Both the position numbers and the translations under genes were made by a program. 64,000 bases of DNA, from assembly GCF_009914755.1 (NCBI RefSeq), contig NC_060947.1; one strand, written 5' to 3'. The notes under the pieces were generated by a model. That model made no database searches. It saw only the letters and a list, made by a program, of their open reading frames with translations, and was not told the origin of the DNA. The DNA is from the human T2T-CHM13v2.0 reference genome, Homo sapiens. Shown one piece after another: positions 29,116 to 43,963 of the stretch (position 1 is its first letter; the number at the start of each line of letters is the position of its first letter).

Positions 29116-29989
29116 GAAATATTCCTTTTAATGAACTCCTAAAATATCCTTGCTTGTCCAGTTGCATCTTTCACCTAACAACAGAGATTTCACAATTTCT
29201 CAGACTCGGGAGCATGATGTACTGGACATAAATCCAATTGTCCCACTCCCTAACTGTGTGGTCTCAGGCAAAGTCCTTATTCTCTCTGTCCCTCAGTTTT
29301 TCATCTATGAAATGGAGATTAGCCACAGGATCTACTTTGTGAGGGAACTACGAGCACCAAATGACTCAATACCTAAAAATCACTCAGATCATAACATATT
29401 TTAGACATTTTTATTTCTTTTTCTCTATCTTTATGGGCCATTAGTATCTCTACTATCCCTATGGTGCAGCCTGATATTTACTCACAACCTTTCATGTATG
29501 TTGTTTGTTAGCTTGTTACAAAAGTAAATAGGATGAAAGTGAGTAGAATGAAACTTTGTCTTTCACAAATACATATATAAATGCATGCAGTTCTGCTTAA
29601 ATATATAAATACCTGAATAAGGAAACTTCTAAAAGAATTTATACAGATAAACTCATTACCAGGACTTGTCTTTGAGTGTTCTGTTTGGGAGTGATGTTAT
29701 TTATTTCCTCTCCTAAGCTATCTATTTTTAACTATAATAAATAGCTACTGCTTTTGCAATTATACAAAATAATAAAATGGTGGTGAAACTTAAACATTTT
29801 CAGCCCTAAGCACAGAAAAGACACTGATACTTAGAATGAGGAATGTTCCTGAGACTCAGAAAGGGAGAGAAGATTTTGTGGGAACCTCATCTACATTATA
29901 ACACGGCATATTTTCCCCAAATTCCCACTCACACTGATAATTATCAATTTTAATTTTTGCCTAGTTAACTGGGAAAAATCAAGGTATTA

Positions 29990-31279
<1,290 letters not shown>

Positions 31280-32759
31280 AGCCATAGGAAACTAATACAA
31301 AGCCTTAGTTTTGGTTAGCTGTTTTTTTTTTTTCTGTGCCCTGATCAACAGTAAGGCTGGAGATCTAATGAGCAGGAGTAGCACATGCTGGTTAGATAAA
31401 TTTACTGGGGAGCCACACAGCCTGTGTTCAAATCTCAGCCTCACAACTTGCTAGCCCTGCCCTTGTTGTACCCCAGTTCTCTTGTGTTTAAAGTTGGAAA
31501 CAACCGCTCCTCTTTATAGATGGTGGTGAGGATTAAATGAAGTATAGATTTAGAATTACAGCAGTTGCAGGAACTGAGAAAAATCACAATAAATATTAAC
31601 CATTTCTATCATTATTTCATACCCGGATTGACTAGTACTGTTTCTACTGCCATTTTTTATTATAATGTGGATTTTAATTTGTTAGCATGAGTTGACCTTC
31701 ACAATATATATTTGTCATAAAAAAGCAGTTTACAAAGCTAAAAGTAGGATACTATTTTATTTCTATTCTTAAATATATAATTACATTTGCATAATATAAC
31801 TTCTGAAAAAAAATTCAAATCTTGACAGTGCTTATCCATGCATAATAAAATTTTAAGGTTTTTTAAAGATTTTATTCCCTTCAGGCATTTTCCATTTTTA
31901 TCTAGAAGAAAAGTGTCTTGGTTTTGGAAGTGAAAAAAACAATAAAAACAAAATACCCCTGCCCTTTTCAAGGAAAGTTGCTCACCGTTAGGAATGATAA
32001 CATGTGTAAGCCAAGACAATTAGGTACTAGGGTGGTCCTAGAATTAAAGTATGAATCTATATACATGACATCCCCAGGTGGGCAGGTTTAGGGAAATTAC
32101 AGACACCCGGGGGAAGGGCAAGCACGTCTCTCAGATGAACCTCACATTCAACAGCCAGATGACATTTCTACTTTTCAAGATTTTAGTGAAGGTCATGAGA
32201 TGAAAGTGGTTTCACAACATGCTTCTTTCTGCACTAGCACAAATAAAGTCCTTTGAATTGACAGCAGGCTCCTCTGTTTACCCACCTAGTTGGCCAAGCA
32301 GTGACTGCCACAGGGGAGGGAAAGGGGAGGGACTGCATGAAACCACTAGGGCTCAGCACCACAGCTTCCAGAGGACAGAATCCTAACACAGCGGGATTCA
32401 GGGTAAAAGTAGAGTCACAGTCTCACTCGGCCCAGGGCCCCAGGAGTAATCAACACACGTATGAAGTACCTCACTTATACAATTAAAAATATTAAACCGA
32501 AAGGAAAATATACACATGCCAATCACATGTAATAACAAATCATATCAAGTTCTAAATGGGATGCATACCTAAACTAACCGAGGGATTTGGATAGTAGATT
32601 GGACACATAAAAACCAACTCCTGGCAATCACTGACTTTTTTTCACCAAGACTGCCCAGATTAGTTCCAGATTTACAGACATAGATGTGTAATAGCATGAA
32701 TAAAAGTTGGGAAATTATGCCTGGACAATGGGAAGATATTTCACATTCGAGATACACTG

Positions 32760-32935
32760 CAAATCCCAGCTACTTGGGAGGCTGAAGTGAGAGAAACACT
32801 TGAGCCCAGGAGTTCTAGGCTGTAGCGTGCTGTGATTGTGCCTGTTAATAGCCACTGCACTCCAGCCTGAGCAACATAAGGAGGCTAAAGAGCTCCTGTC
32901 TCAAGAAAACACACACACACACACACACACAGACA
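32760..32935 (+). mobile_element. Free Alu monomer (FAM-like) followed by (CA)n
   Basis: Monomer with gcctgttaatagccactgcactcc. Confidence 0.7.
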
Positions 32936-33364
32936 CATTGCAACATTGTTTTGGGCTGGCTGTCACCTGGGAAACTCTTAAGACTTTGAACACATCACAT
33001 TTTTTTTAAATGACTGAAAAATGATATGTACCAATTCTGTTAGTGCTCTCTATAGCATGTAAACTGGAAAAGTGGTGTGTCTGGTTTAGTAGCTCTGAAA
33101 GACAGTACACATGTAAAGAGGCATATATGGCAGGTCACAGTGTTGAGATATGAATGGGTATTTGTTCTTCTCATGTTTCTTCCTTTCTCCTTTCCGTCAG
33201 ATAGCCAGACAACTACAGATAAAACACGCAACAAAATAACACCATATTTCATGCAGAAATATATACATATGTAACAAAGGATAAATAGTGAAAAGTCTAA
33301 ATGCTTGTTAATGATTACTCCTTTGTAAGAAGGAGGCTAATGCAAGCTGAAGAAACTTTGAATT

Positions 33365-33665
33365 TCTTTTTTTTGTTGTTAAGACAGGGTCTTACTCTGT
33401 CACCGAGGCTGGAGTGCAGTGGTACAATTATGGCTCAGCACAGCCTTGACCTCCCTGGCTCAGGTGATCCTCCCACCTCAGCCTCCCAAGTAACTGGGGC
33501 TACAGTCCTGTACCACTATGCTCAACTAATTTTTGTATTTTTTTGTACAGATGGGGTTTCACCATGTTGCCCAGGCTGGTCTCAAACTCCTGGTCTCAAG
33601 TGATCCACCCGTCTCAACCTCCCAGAGTACAAGGATTACAGGTGTGAGCCACTGCACCCAGCCCA
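33365..33665 (-). mobile_element. AluJ
   Basis: Reverse Alu dimer. Confidence 0.88.
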
Positions 33666-35238
33666 GACTTTAAGTGAATTTCAGTTGTACATATAATGGT
33701 TTATTTCTTAATATGAGTATATACAGTATATTCTTTTTGTAAGTTTCTTTATGTCTAAAATATTTCAGAACAATAAATGTTTCTATGACTAGTTCTGATT
33801 ATAAAAATGATTTGTATCAATTTAGAAGTTGTGAAAAATATAGTTATGTCCAGAAATAAATATATAATTAATCAAGTAATCCTATTACTCATTAACTTAA
33901 AAAAAGAGTATTATGTTTGTATATTACCCCCATTATACTCTGTATGTATGCATCATAATGTACATTCATTGCATGTGAGTCTAATATATTGAGACATTCA
34001 AGATTTGCCAGACAGCATGAAATGAGTTATCAAATGATTCCAAGTTCAAACTAAACTCTGACTCTCAAGTCACCATCCCTAACCATTGGGATATACAATC
34101 TTTTTCTGAATAAGGGCTGTGTCCAGCTCAGGGAAAGTGTCTTCTAGACAAGGACAGGTCTGGCATTCAGTCCCCAGGTCTCCTGTTCAGTCTGTTGTAC
34201 AGAATACTCATCTTTATGCTCTTTTATTCTGTACTGCCTCCTTTCTGGGGTTGAAACAAAGGTTTCTATTCCAGTGTCAAAATGGAAGGTAAAAAGGAAT
34301 AGAAGAACACATCAAATAAAAAGTAACGAAGTGATTATTTGATCCCAAACTTCCACCATTCTCAGGTATCTCATCCACAAAGAAATGTCACCAAAGGTTC
34401 TATAACATATGAGTATGTTTGTTTCCTTTCCCAATGTTTCAAATTTAAATAATCTCTGTGGGATGTTCATGTTTAAGTCTTTTGAGGAAGGGAAAACAGA
34501 GGGGAGAACAAATATATATTTATTGAAGTATTATGTATCAGATGGTTTCTTTAGTTTTGCTCATTTCTCATAACACTCCTGTGAGGTAAATAGCAATATG
34601 CTAATTTTATTGATGAGCAAGGTAAGGTTCACTAAGTGTAACTCACTACCATACCATCATACAATAGAAAAGAGTGAGTACTCATCCCTCATCCCAACTT
34701 CATCACATTGCATAGCACAGAGATGGCACCTAACCTCCTACATAATATAGATGAGTGTGTGTGGTTCCCTTACATTCCCAAATACTCACTAAAATATAGT
34801 GATGCTATCCAGATTATGAAACAACATCCCTGTTAAAGATCAGAAGAGGTGAGATGGGAAGGAAGCAAACACTGGCACTGTGAATGACACACCAAATACC
34901 GTGCCAGCATCTTGACAAAGATCTCCCCTTGAACATGTCATAATGCTCTCTTGAGTGTAAGGATCAGGTGTATGTGTGTTTGTGGTGAAACATGCAAAAC
35001 AATACTATGTTTTATTTAGGGAAGCTCTCATATGGAATAAAAGGATAAAGCAACATATGGGAATTATAATCATTGCTTTCTGGGTGCTGATTATCTATAG
35101 CAGAGACGGAAGGAGATACAATTAGGGAGGAGTAAAGGTTTTCCTAAGCTGGACTAATTTCATAGTTCTCTCTGTTTTTTATCTGAAACATTTCACAAGT
35201 AGCAGAGGTTTTAGGGGATATAGTTTTTATCATAAATA

Positions 35239-35610
35239 CAGACATTCCCTGACTGTTGATGTTTTGACTTATAATTTTTCAATTTTATGATAGTGTGAAA
35301 GTGGTACACATTCAGTAGAAACTGTACTTCAAGTTTTAAATTTTGATATTTTCCTGGGCTAGCAAAACGCAGTATTATACTCTTGTGATGCTGGTTAGGG
35401 AGCAGCAGTGAGCCACAGCTCCCAGTCAGCCATGCAATCACGAGGATAAACTACTGAGACCCTATAGTGTACAGTGTTGCCAGGATTTTTTTGATATTGT
35501 ATTTTCACATCTCATCTTGTCTACAAATGCCCATTTTTGACCTACAATTATTTTCAACTTACAATGAGTTTATCAGGATGTAACTCCCATAGTAAGTCAA
35601 GCATGGGGTA
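35239..35610 (+). mobile_element. MER47/Tigger5-like DNA transposon
   Basis: TA-flanked, cattcagtagaaactgtacttc motif, degenerate terminal repeats. Confidence 0.65.
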
Positions 35611-36386
35611 TGGAGTATGTACAATCCATACTCTCACCTTAGCAAATGTTTAATATTGAGCCAAATGCAGAGGTTAAAAATATCAATAGCCAGCAATCCC
35701 ATCATAATTAAAATTAACATGGTACTAGATCTTTCTAAGGATTTTTTATACATGGATATATGCACATGTACTGTACATGCATTACAAATACAATTCATAA
35801 AGCTGTTATAATTATATGTACAGTATAGCATCCTGGGTTTTTTGTTGTTATTTTCAGTTTTGCTTTTGTCTTAAGTACTAACATGTGGATGAAACATTCT
35901 AAGTACATGACAAGGTATAAGATATAATCTAACTTTGCTTTTTAATGAACCCTTTACAGCTGGCCCAGACCCAATTCCTTAACAATGCATTTGAGTAGAA
36001 ATGCCATACTTGCAGCATCTTAAATGACGTTATATGCCAGGGTCTACTCAAGAGCTTTCTTTAGACTTCTTTAACCTGCATGTCAACCACTCTGTCCAAA
36101 ACTTATGAAATTATACGCTCAAAGAACACTTTAATACCTGGCAAAGTAATCCCCACTTTTATCATTCAGTCTTTGTATGCATGATAGGAATAATAATAAA
36201 AGACATAAATAGTTACAGGGCACACGGTAGATAAATTGGTTGATACAGATCATGCAACCAGCAAGTAATGGTTATCAGGGTCAAATCCAAGTCCTTCTCA
36301 CCCAAAAGCCCCCTCCCCTAACCACTATTTCTATACTGAGTATCCTTCTGTGTTAGACCAGAGGCCAACAGAGGGAAGAGACTCAC

Positions 36387-36538
36387 CCCAAAAACCACAG
36401 TCAGTTGATGGGTCGAGTAACTAGGGTACAAATCTGATGACTCCTGTCTTCTGTCTAGCTGACTCATTATTATTCTTTGCTCTTCTGTACTATTTCTTCC
36501 TCCCATGGCTCAATAAGAACTCCTTCACCCACGTCACA
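36387..36538 (-). other. RAB40A: Candidate 5' UTR exon of RAB40A (152 nt)
   Basis: Strong acceptor ctctctgctctcttattttctttctag| and donor GGG|GTGAGT in non-repetitive DNA, same strand as RAB40A. Confidence 0.6.
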
Positions 36539-36599
36539 CTAGAAAGAAAATAAGAGAGCAGAGAGTACATGGAATCAAAGGAATGATAAGATAAAACCA

Positions 36600-38337
36600 A
36601 CATTCATTTATTGCTACTATATTTCTAAATGCTCTCTGTTTCAAATCTTCTATTTCATAGGGCACAATTATTTTATCTTGGAACCAACAATCTTCGGAGA
36701 ATGTATCCCAAAGATACAATTCAAAAAGATAAAAAGGCAGAAGCACAAGGTCATTCTTGGCAGAACAAATTGTAACAGCAGAAGACTGGAAATAAGACAG
36801 ATGTCCACCAATAAAGGACTGACTGAATAATCTAAGGTGCATCTACATCCTAGATTTCAATGCCGGTATAACAAGCAAGGAAGATTCCCTCTCTCTGCTG
36901 CTATGTAGTGATTTCCAGGATATACCATTAAGTGAATAAAGCAAAGTGCAGAAAAATGTGTAGAGCTGCTGTTGTCCCATACCATACCCACTGGCCACTC
37001 ATGGCTATTTAAGTTAACTAAATTTAAATGGAATTTTAAATTCACTTCCTCAGTCACACTCACCACATTTTAGGTGTTTAATAGTCACAGGTAGCTAGTG
37101 GCTACTATGTTGGACAGTTGAGACATAGAATATTTTCACCTTTGTAGAAATTCTATTGGACTCCACCAGTGTAGAATATGTCACCTTATATATATGGAAT
37201 AGGAGAAAACTAATAGAAACATTCTATTTGCTTATATTTTTAAAATTGGAAAGTTTTAATGAAAATTGATTTAAAAAATCATTACCTATAAAGAGAAGGA
37301 AAAACAGCCCAGGACAGAAGCCAATAATGTCTTTTCCCTTAAAAATATAATATATATACACTGGCTCCATGCACTAGAAAGGTGAAGAAACATGATAGAC
37401 CCAGTAGCAATGAGCAACTCTAGTGCCCATATTGAATCCACTTAAAACACATCACACTGAAAGGAACTAGGTTATCTTAGAGAAATGACTGAGTTTAGGT
37501 CTGTGTAGCCATTCTACTAGATGAATCTGGACCAAACTATCATGCCAGAGAGTGCGTCAAAAAGACTCAGAAGCCAAGCTTAAGGGGCTCTCGCTGGACA
37601 AAGATGAAGCAATTTGAACATTAAATAAAATAATGACTACTATGGATTAAAACACATTATAATATAAAAACTTCTACAGCTCATGATGACACTCTAAAAG
37701 AAAAATAAAATAAAACAAACAATATCAACTCATTGCTTGCCTTTGGAGAACCCTAGGGAAACAACTCATTGTTTTGAAAAGTGGAAATATTGCAAAAGAA
37801 TTAGGCACTCATCCAACCCTTTCTATACATACTATCCCTCAGTGTAACCTAATGGTTTATGAAAGTTTATTTAATAGAATAATTCCAGCTAATAAAGCAG
37901 AGAAAATTATAGAATTAGAATATCATCCTTTTATGACCTTTAATGAATATAGAACTAAGCAACAATCCTTAGACGCTGCAGAAAAATCGAGGTGAAAAAG
38001 GGATGGGAAATTTTATAATGGATGGATCAGCTTAACAATACTTGAACATAGTAATTAATCTTAACATCACAAGAGGAGAGACAATTAGACACAATGAGCC
38101 CCCTGTGTAACACTATAGGAATAAACAATACCACATATGAAGTACTTCTGACCAAAACAAATCTAAATTGAATCAAGCCTCTGAATCTAACACCATTTTG
38201 TTAAATTTTTTTATTATACTTTTAAGTTCTGGGATACATGTGGAGAATGTACAGGTTTGTTACATAGGTATACACGTGCCATGGTGGTTTGCTGCACCCA
38301 TCAACCCGTCATCTACATTAGTTATTTCTCCTAATGG
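36600..38337 (+). mobile_element. L1MC fragments with a MER3-like insert (~36964-37170) and a short reverse L1PA 3' end (~38205-38337)
   Basis: Recognisable L1MC and MER3 motifs. Confidence 0.65.
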
Positions 38338-38382
38338 TAATATAAAAAGAGAAAGAAATACTTGGAATTTGATTTGGAAAAC

Positions 38383-38500
38383 CTTTCTCCTGTAGCCAGT
38401 CCACCTCCATGTGCTTGATACAGTTGACACTTCTTACCCTACAGGAGATTATTCAGCCTATCAGCCAATCTAGAAAATAAAATCATGAGGATCCATGTTT
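38383..38500 (-). other. RAB40A: Candidate upstream 5' UTR exon (first or internal) of RAB40A
   Basis: Acceptor gattttattttctag| (exon start 38469); donors AGG|GTAAGA (38437) and weaker AAG|GTTTTC (38382). Boundaries uncertain. Confidence 0.35.
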
Positions 38501-39505
38501 GGTGGTATAGGAACTATTAAGTTTATATTGGAACATTTTGCAAAACATGTTAAAATTAAGTTAAAATGAATGTGGCTCGAAATTAGGATTGTAAGATTTC
38601 GGATTTCAACTCAGTTTCCACAGAGAAGTTTGGTTGACCTAAATTTTAAATATGTTAGGAATAAGCCCCTGCTGCACATCATTATATTCAAAGTTCTCTG
38701 TAGCTTCATTTGTGAAAACAAATGGATGAATGGGTATATATTTGTAAAACATGTCTTTGGGATAAAAAGGCATTTTGAGTTCTTGGTTTTCAGGATGTTC
38801 CTTCTGGTATTCTTCAAATAAATGCTTCTATAGTATTATAAAGATAATTTCATTAACCTGCTAAAATGGGAATGTATTTGTCTATAGCTACAAGGTAAAA
38901 AGTGTTATGAATAATAATTTTAAGATGACAGATATTAAATAGTTCAAATATTATTGATAATAAGATTTTTTTAAAAAAGAAAATATATGTTCATCCAAAA
39001 GAATGAACATGAACATTCATAACACCATTATTCATGAGATGTCAAAAACTGGAAAATACACAAATCTCCATCACAGATAAATATAGTGTGAAATATCCAA
39101 ATAATATAATACTTTACACCAATGAGAATAAGCAATCTACAATATAGACCACAATAAATATTAATTTCACATACATTATGTTGACTGAAAGAAGCAAGAC
39201 ACAAAAGAGCACATGCTGTATGATTCCAAGAATTTCTCTTCTAACCTCCCAATAGAGATTGGGGCAGGAGAGGAATATCAACAACTCATTTCCTTTTATT
39301 TCAAGGTACTTAGTGTCTTTTTATGTTATCTGTAGCTTAACCTCAGATAAGTGAAGCAACTTTCTTCTGAGCCCTTGAAAAGTGATTAATTACACATAAG
39401 ATGAAAAGCTAATACTATATCTGATGGACAGGCAATGTGGTGTGAGAGATTCGGGCAAGAATCCTAAATGGATGCTCAGTCTGCACCAAATCACACCGCA
39501 GTCAC

Positions 39506-39522
39506 TGAGTCACCATGGTAAC
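39506..39522. promoter_or_regulatory. Overlapping AP-1 site and RFX X-box
   Basis: TGAGTCA (39506-39512) overlaps GTCACCATGGTAAC (39509-39522). Confidence 0.45.
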
Positions 39523-39781
39523 CATTCTGGCCAAGGAAAGCTGAGAAAAAACAAACACCACTATCCCGAGCTTGTTCCTAATATGTACTAGGAACTAAAT
39601 AGGATTGACATGATGCACAGTAATTAACCTCAAGTAGTCCTTACAATAAAAATTCCTGACAGCTTCAGTGACATACAAATGTATACATACTCACATACAT
39701 ATATGCTTGCTCACCCTCTCACCACTCCAAATTCCAAGAATTTATTGAGGTTGATTTACTGGTGGGTAAAGAAGTAAATCT

Positions 39782-40040
39782 CGCCAGGCATGGTGGCTCG
39801 TGGCTATAATCCCAGCTACTCAGATGGCTGAGGTAGGAGGATTGCTTGAGGTTAGGAGTGTGAGAGAAGTCTAAACAACATAGCAAAACTCTGTCTCTGA
39901 AAAATGTTTTTAAGTTTAGCTGAGCATGGGGGCACACACCTGTAGTCAGTTATTCAGGAGGCTGAGGTGAGAGGATTGCTTGAGCCTGGGAGTTCAAGGC
40001 TGCAGTGAGCTATGATTGCACCATTGCACTCCAGCCTGAG
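39782..40040 (+). mobile_element. AluJ
   Basis: Diverged Alu dimer. Confidence 0.85.
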
Positions 40041-40289
40041 CCACACATTGCAACAAAATCATTTCTGACCACACATATAAAGTTGAAAGCTACTAAACTA
40101 TGTTCTTTTGGTGTGATTTCTGAAGATGACCTGTAGAATTGTCTCTGGAACATTTTCCTCCATAGTTTCAATATATCGCCAATGACTTGTAAAAGCAGAT
40201 ACGGAAATACAGGTAAACACAGGTTAAGGATCAAATACCTTTTCCATCCTAGAGTAAGCTGTGCTTTCAACCAAAAAAATGCCTCACTG

Positions 40290-42350
40290 ATGTTAAACAC
40301 TTGGTTGCTGATAGTACTGTGAAAATATAGTAATTAGCAATTGTGTTTAACAAACAAAGCCATGTATAGCATCATCAAGAGTATGAAATATTTATGAACA
40401 ATCTGTCCACAGATGTGCAGTGCCTGTACACTGAACACCACACATCATTGCTGAGAGAATTAAAGACCTAAATAAGTGGAGGACTTACCATGCTCATGGG
40501 TCACAAACAATACTGAGAAGATTCAGTATTGTTAAGATGTCAATTCTTCCAAAACTGATCTATAGATTCAGAGCAATTCAAATGGAAATCCTATTAAAAA
40601 ATTTTTAAAGAAACCGACAGGCTGATTCTAACATTCATATGGACATGTAAAAGACCTAGACTCTATTAGTCTGTTCCCATATTGCTAAAAACAAACACAT
40701 GAAACTGGGTGATTTATTTTAAAAAAGGGGTTTTCATGGCTTACGGTTCTGCAGGCTATATAGGAACCATAGAGGCATCTGCTTCTGGAGAGGCCTCAGG
40801 GAGCTTTAACTCATGGCGAAAGGTAAAGCGGAAGCAGGCGTTTTACATGGCAGGGAAGGTGCTACACACTTGTAAACAACCAGATCTTATGAGAATTCTA
40901 TTATGAGAACAGAACCAAAGGGAGAAATCCACTCTCACGATCCAATCACCTCCCACCAGTCCTCATATCCAACATTGGGGATTACAATTTGACATGAGAT
41001 TTGGGTAGGGACACAGTTCCAAACCATATCAACTATGAAGTACAACTTTGATAAAGAACAAAATTAGAAGACAAACACTACCTGATTTCAAGACTCCTTA
41101 CAAACATACAGTAATCCAGACAGTGTGCTATTGGCATCAAGATGGATTAGTAGATCAAAGGAACAGAATAAAGAGTCCAGCTATAGACCCACAAGTATAT
41201 GGACAACTGAGTTTGACAAAGATGCAATGGTGATTCAGTGGAGAAAGGATTATTGTTTCAACAAATGGTGCTGGGACAAGTGAATATTGACATGCACAAA
41301 TATAAACTGTGACTCAGATATCACACTATATACAAAAGTCTATTCAAAATGGACCTGAGATCTAAATATAAAATTTGATGCTATAAAACTTCTAGCAGAA
41401 AAAAAAAAACAGGAGAAAATCTTTTTGACAATGGGTCAGGTGAAGATTTCATAGATGAGACAACAAAACCACAATCTATAAGCAAAGAAATTGAAAAATT
41501 GGACTTCCTCAAAGTTAAAAACTTTAGCTTTCCAACTACATGGTTGAAAAAATAGACAAGTAAGCTGCTGACCGGGGTAAAATGTTTGAAAATTATATAT
41601 TTAATAAAGGACTTGTATCCAGAATATGTTTAAAATCTTAGTAAGAAGAAAACACACACCAGTAAAGAAACAGGCAAAATATTTGAATAGACATTCCACT
41701 AAAGAAGACATACAAATATCATGTAAGCACAGGAAATGATGCTCAGCATCACTCGTTATAAGGGAAATGTAAATGAAAATTTCAATGAGATCCTACTAAA
41801 CTCCTGTGAGAATTAAAAAAATTAAAAAGACAGATTATACCAAGCTCTGTCGAGGTTGTGGAGGATGAAACAGTGATACATTACTGGTGGTAATGAAAAA
41901 TGGTACAAACACTTGGAAGCAGGCAGTTTCTTACAATGTTAATCTTACATCTACCACATGATCCAGCCATTGCACTCCTAAGTATTTATTAGAGAAAGAA
42001 AGCCTATTTCCATGGAAAGACTTATTCACAAATATTCATAGAAGCTTTGTTTACAAGAGATCCTAATTGGAAATAATTAAAATATCCAACAACAGGTGAA
42101 TGGATAAAAAATTTATGATATAGCCATATACTGGAATACTATTCAGCAATAAAAAAGAATGAACTATTGATATGTGCAACAAAATGGATACATCTAAAAA
42201 TAAATTGGGTGAATGAAAGAAGCCAAACCAAAAATCAAAAACAAACGCAGAAAAACATTTCTACAATTCCATTTAAATAAATGTCTAGGACATAAAACTT
42301 AATCTATAGTGACAAAGTATTGTGTTTGTCTGGGGACAGGGCAATAGGAG
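40290..42350 (+). mobile_element. Old L1M ORF2 and 3' region with an MST/THE1-type LTR (~40662-41032, minus)
   Basis: ORF2 remnant TLPDFKTPYKHTVIQTVCYW; LTR ending caaaccatatca. Confidence 0.85.
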
Positions 42351-42986
42351 GGATAGAGAGTCCTAGTAGTACAGAACTGAAAATCTTATGTTCTGGGAAA
42401 CAATGATAATAATATTTAGGCCTAGCTGGTTATTTTAGGGGACATGACTGGGTATCATTATAATAGAGCAAATTATATGGAAATTATTATTTTTCAAAAT
42501 ATTGAACTTTTGTATCTGACATTTTGACAGTTTTAACTAATACTTTGTACATTTTTGCCTTCTTAAAAAATGTATTACAGAATGGATAATAACATGGTTA
42601 CCATTGAAAAATGCATATTACAATCTCCAGTTGCTTGGAAGACCTTCTGACCAACTGTGTATTTCAATGCCCATCTGAGAGATACATGGGAATCACTGAT
42701 CATTATTTATACAGGCAGAAAACATATGTAAATTTATTTCAAATACATGTTAAACATCAAGTTGATTCCCCAAATGAATTATTCATTGCTTTGTAACAAC
42801 GAAAGGCATTTTAAACATGGGCCTCAAGGGCGGCTTCAAAGCACATAGCTGCTGATGAAAGGAAATTCCACATGCTAAACCTCTTCTCCAAAGATGGGAT
42901 CAAAGGAGTTTCTCTGCTTTTAGACTATATTATAAACCTCACAGAGGTATTCCACAACATGCTTTTGTTAGGATCTATTAACTTAC

Positions 42987-43150
42987 TTGTGCCAGGCATC
43001 ATATCCCACCAGGGATGGAAGTGTTGGGGGTCTCCTTAGGACTGCTGCCCTTCAAATCTGAAGTAGAAGCTTCAGCAGCCATCAAGACCCAGATCCTCAA
43101 AGCCCATCTCCTTCATACACCTGTTATGAGTTCAATAACCTGATGAAGAT
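42987..43150 (-). other. Candidate non-coding exon (164 nt)
   Basis: Acceptor ttctctctgtccctgtgcag| and donor CAA|GTAAGT in unique sequence. Confidence 0.4.
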
Positions 43151-43810
43151 CTGCACAGGGACAGAGAGAATCCAGCAATCACTGTGCTTTCTTAGAGTAA
43201 CAGTGTGCCAGGAACCATCTTAGGCACTGGGTCAGTGACCAGTGACACTGATACAATTGGGTAGTGATCATTACAACCAGAAGATACAATGGGTTTCTCA
43301 CCAGGGCCTTTTTCTCCTCCTTTCCTCCTCTATCTCCTAACAACAAATCTGTAAAGGACTAAGAAGAGGCCTGAATTCACACAGGCATTCCTGATTGTGC
43401 AGTAACCACAGGGCTATGGGCTTGCACCTGTGTTATCACTGCAGCTTGCAGCAATCCTGCGGGTTGGCATAATTATCCCCATTTTACAGAGGGGGACACT
43501 GGGCTCAGAGAGTCCTTACTTGTCTCATCCTCCCACGTCCCACCTTTACATAGAAAGTAGCTCCAGGACACCAGGAGCAGGACACCCCACTCACTGGGGC
43601 CAGGAGGGTCCTAGCTCTCTCCCTCATGAAACAGTGAGAGCAACTTGTTTCAAACTGGGAGTGAGGGGACTTAGATCTGGGATCCCTTCGTCTCCCCACA
43701 TCCCAAGGCACTTCAGCCCCCACTGTGGGGCACGCACACCCTCAGTTGAGTCCCAAACACCTGAAGGCGGGACCCTGCTATTCTCACCAGCCCACAGGGG
43801 TCTCTATTAA

Positions 43811-43854
43811 AAGTCATCAAGGTCACAGTAATGACTTCTGGTTTCTATGGCAAC
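43811..43854. promoter_or_regulatory. Promoter-like cluster: RFX X-box plus TCAAGGTCA nuclear-receptor site
   Basis: GTTTCTATGGCAAC (43841-43854) fits the X-box consensus. TCAAGGTCA (43817-43825) is an NR5A/ERR/NR6A1 extended half-site. Next to a GC-richer tract with minus-strand donors at 43787 and 43519. Confidence 0.5.
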
Positions 43855-43923
43855 CGTGGTGCTCAGGCTTGTCCTCCACATCAGAAATGCTTCTGCACAG
43901 CCCTCTGTCCCCTTGCCTTTCTC

Positions 43924-43926
43924 AAA

Positions 43927-43961
<35 letters not shown>

Positions 43962-43963
43962 AA
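43924..43963. repeat. (TAAA)n microsatellite
   Basis: Direct reading. Confidence 0.95.
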
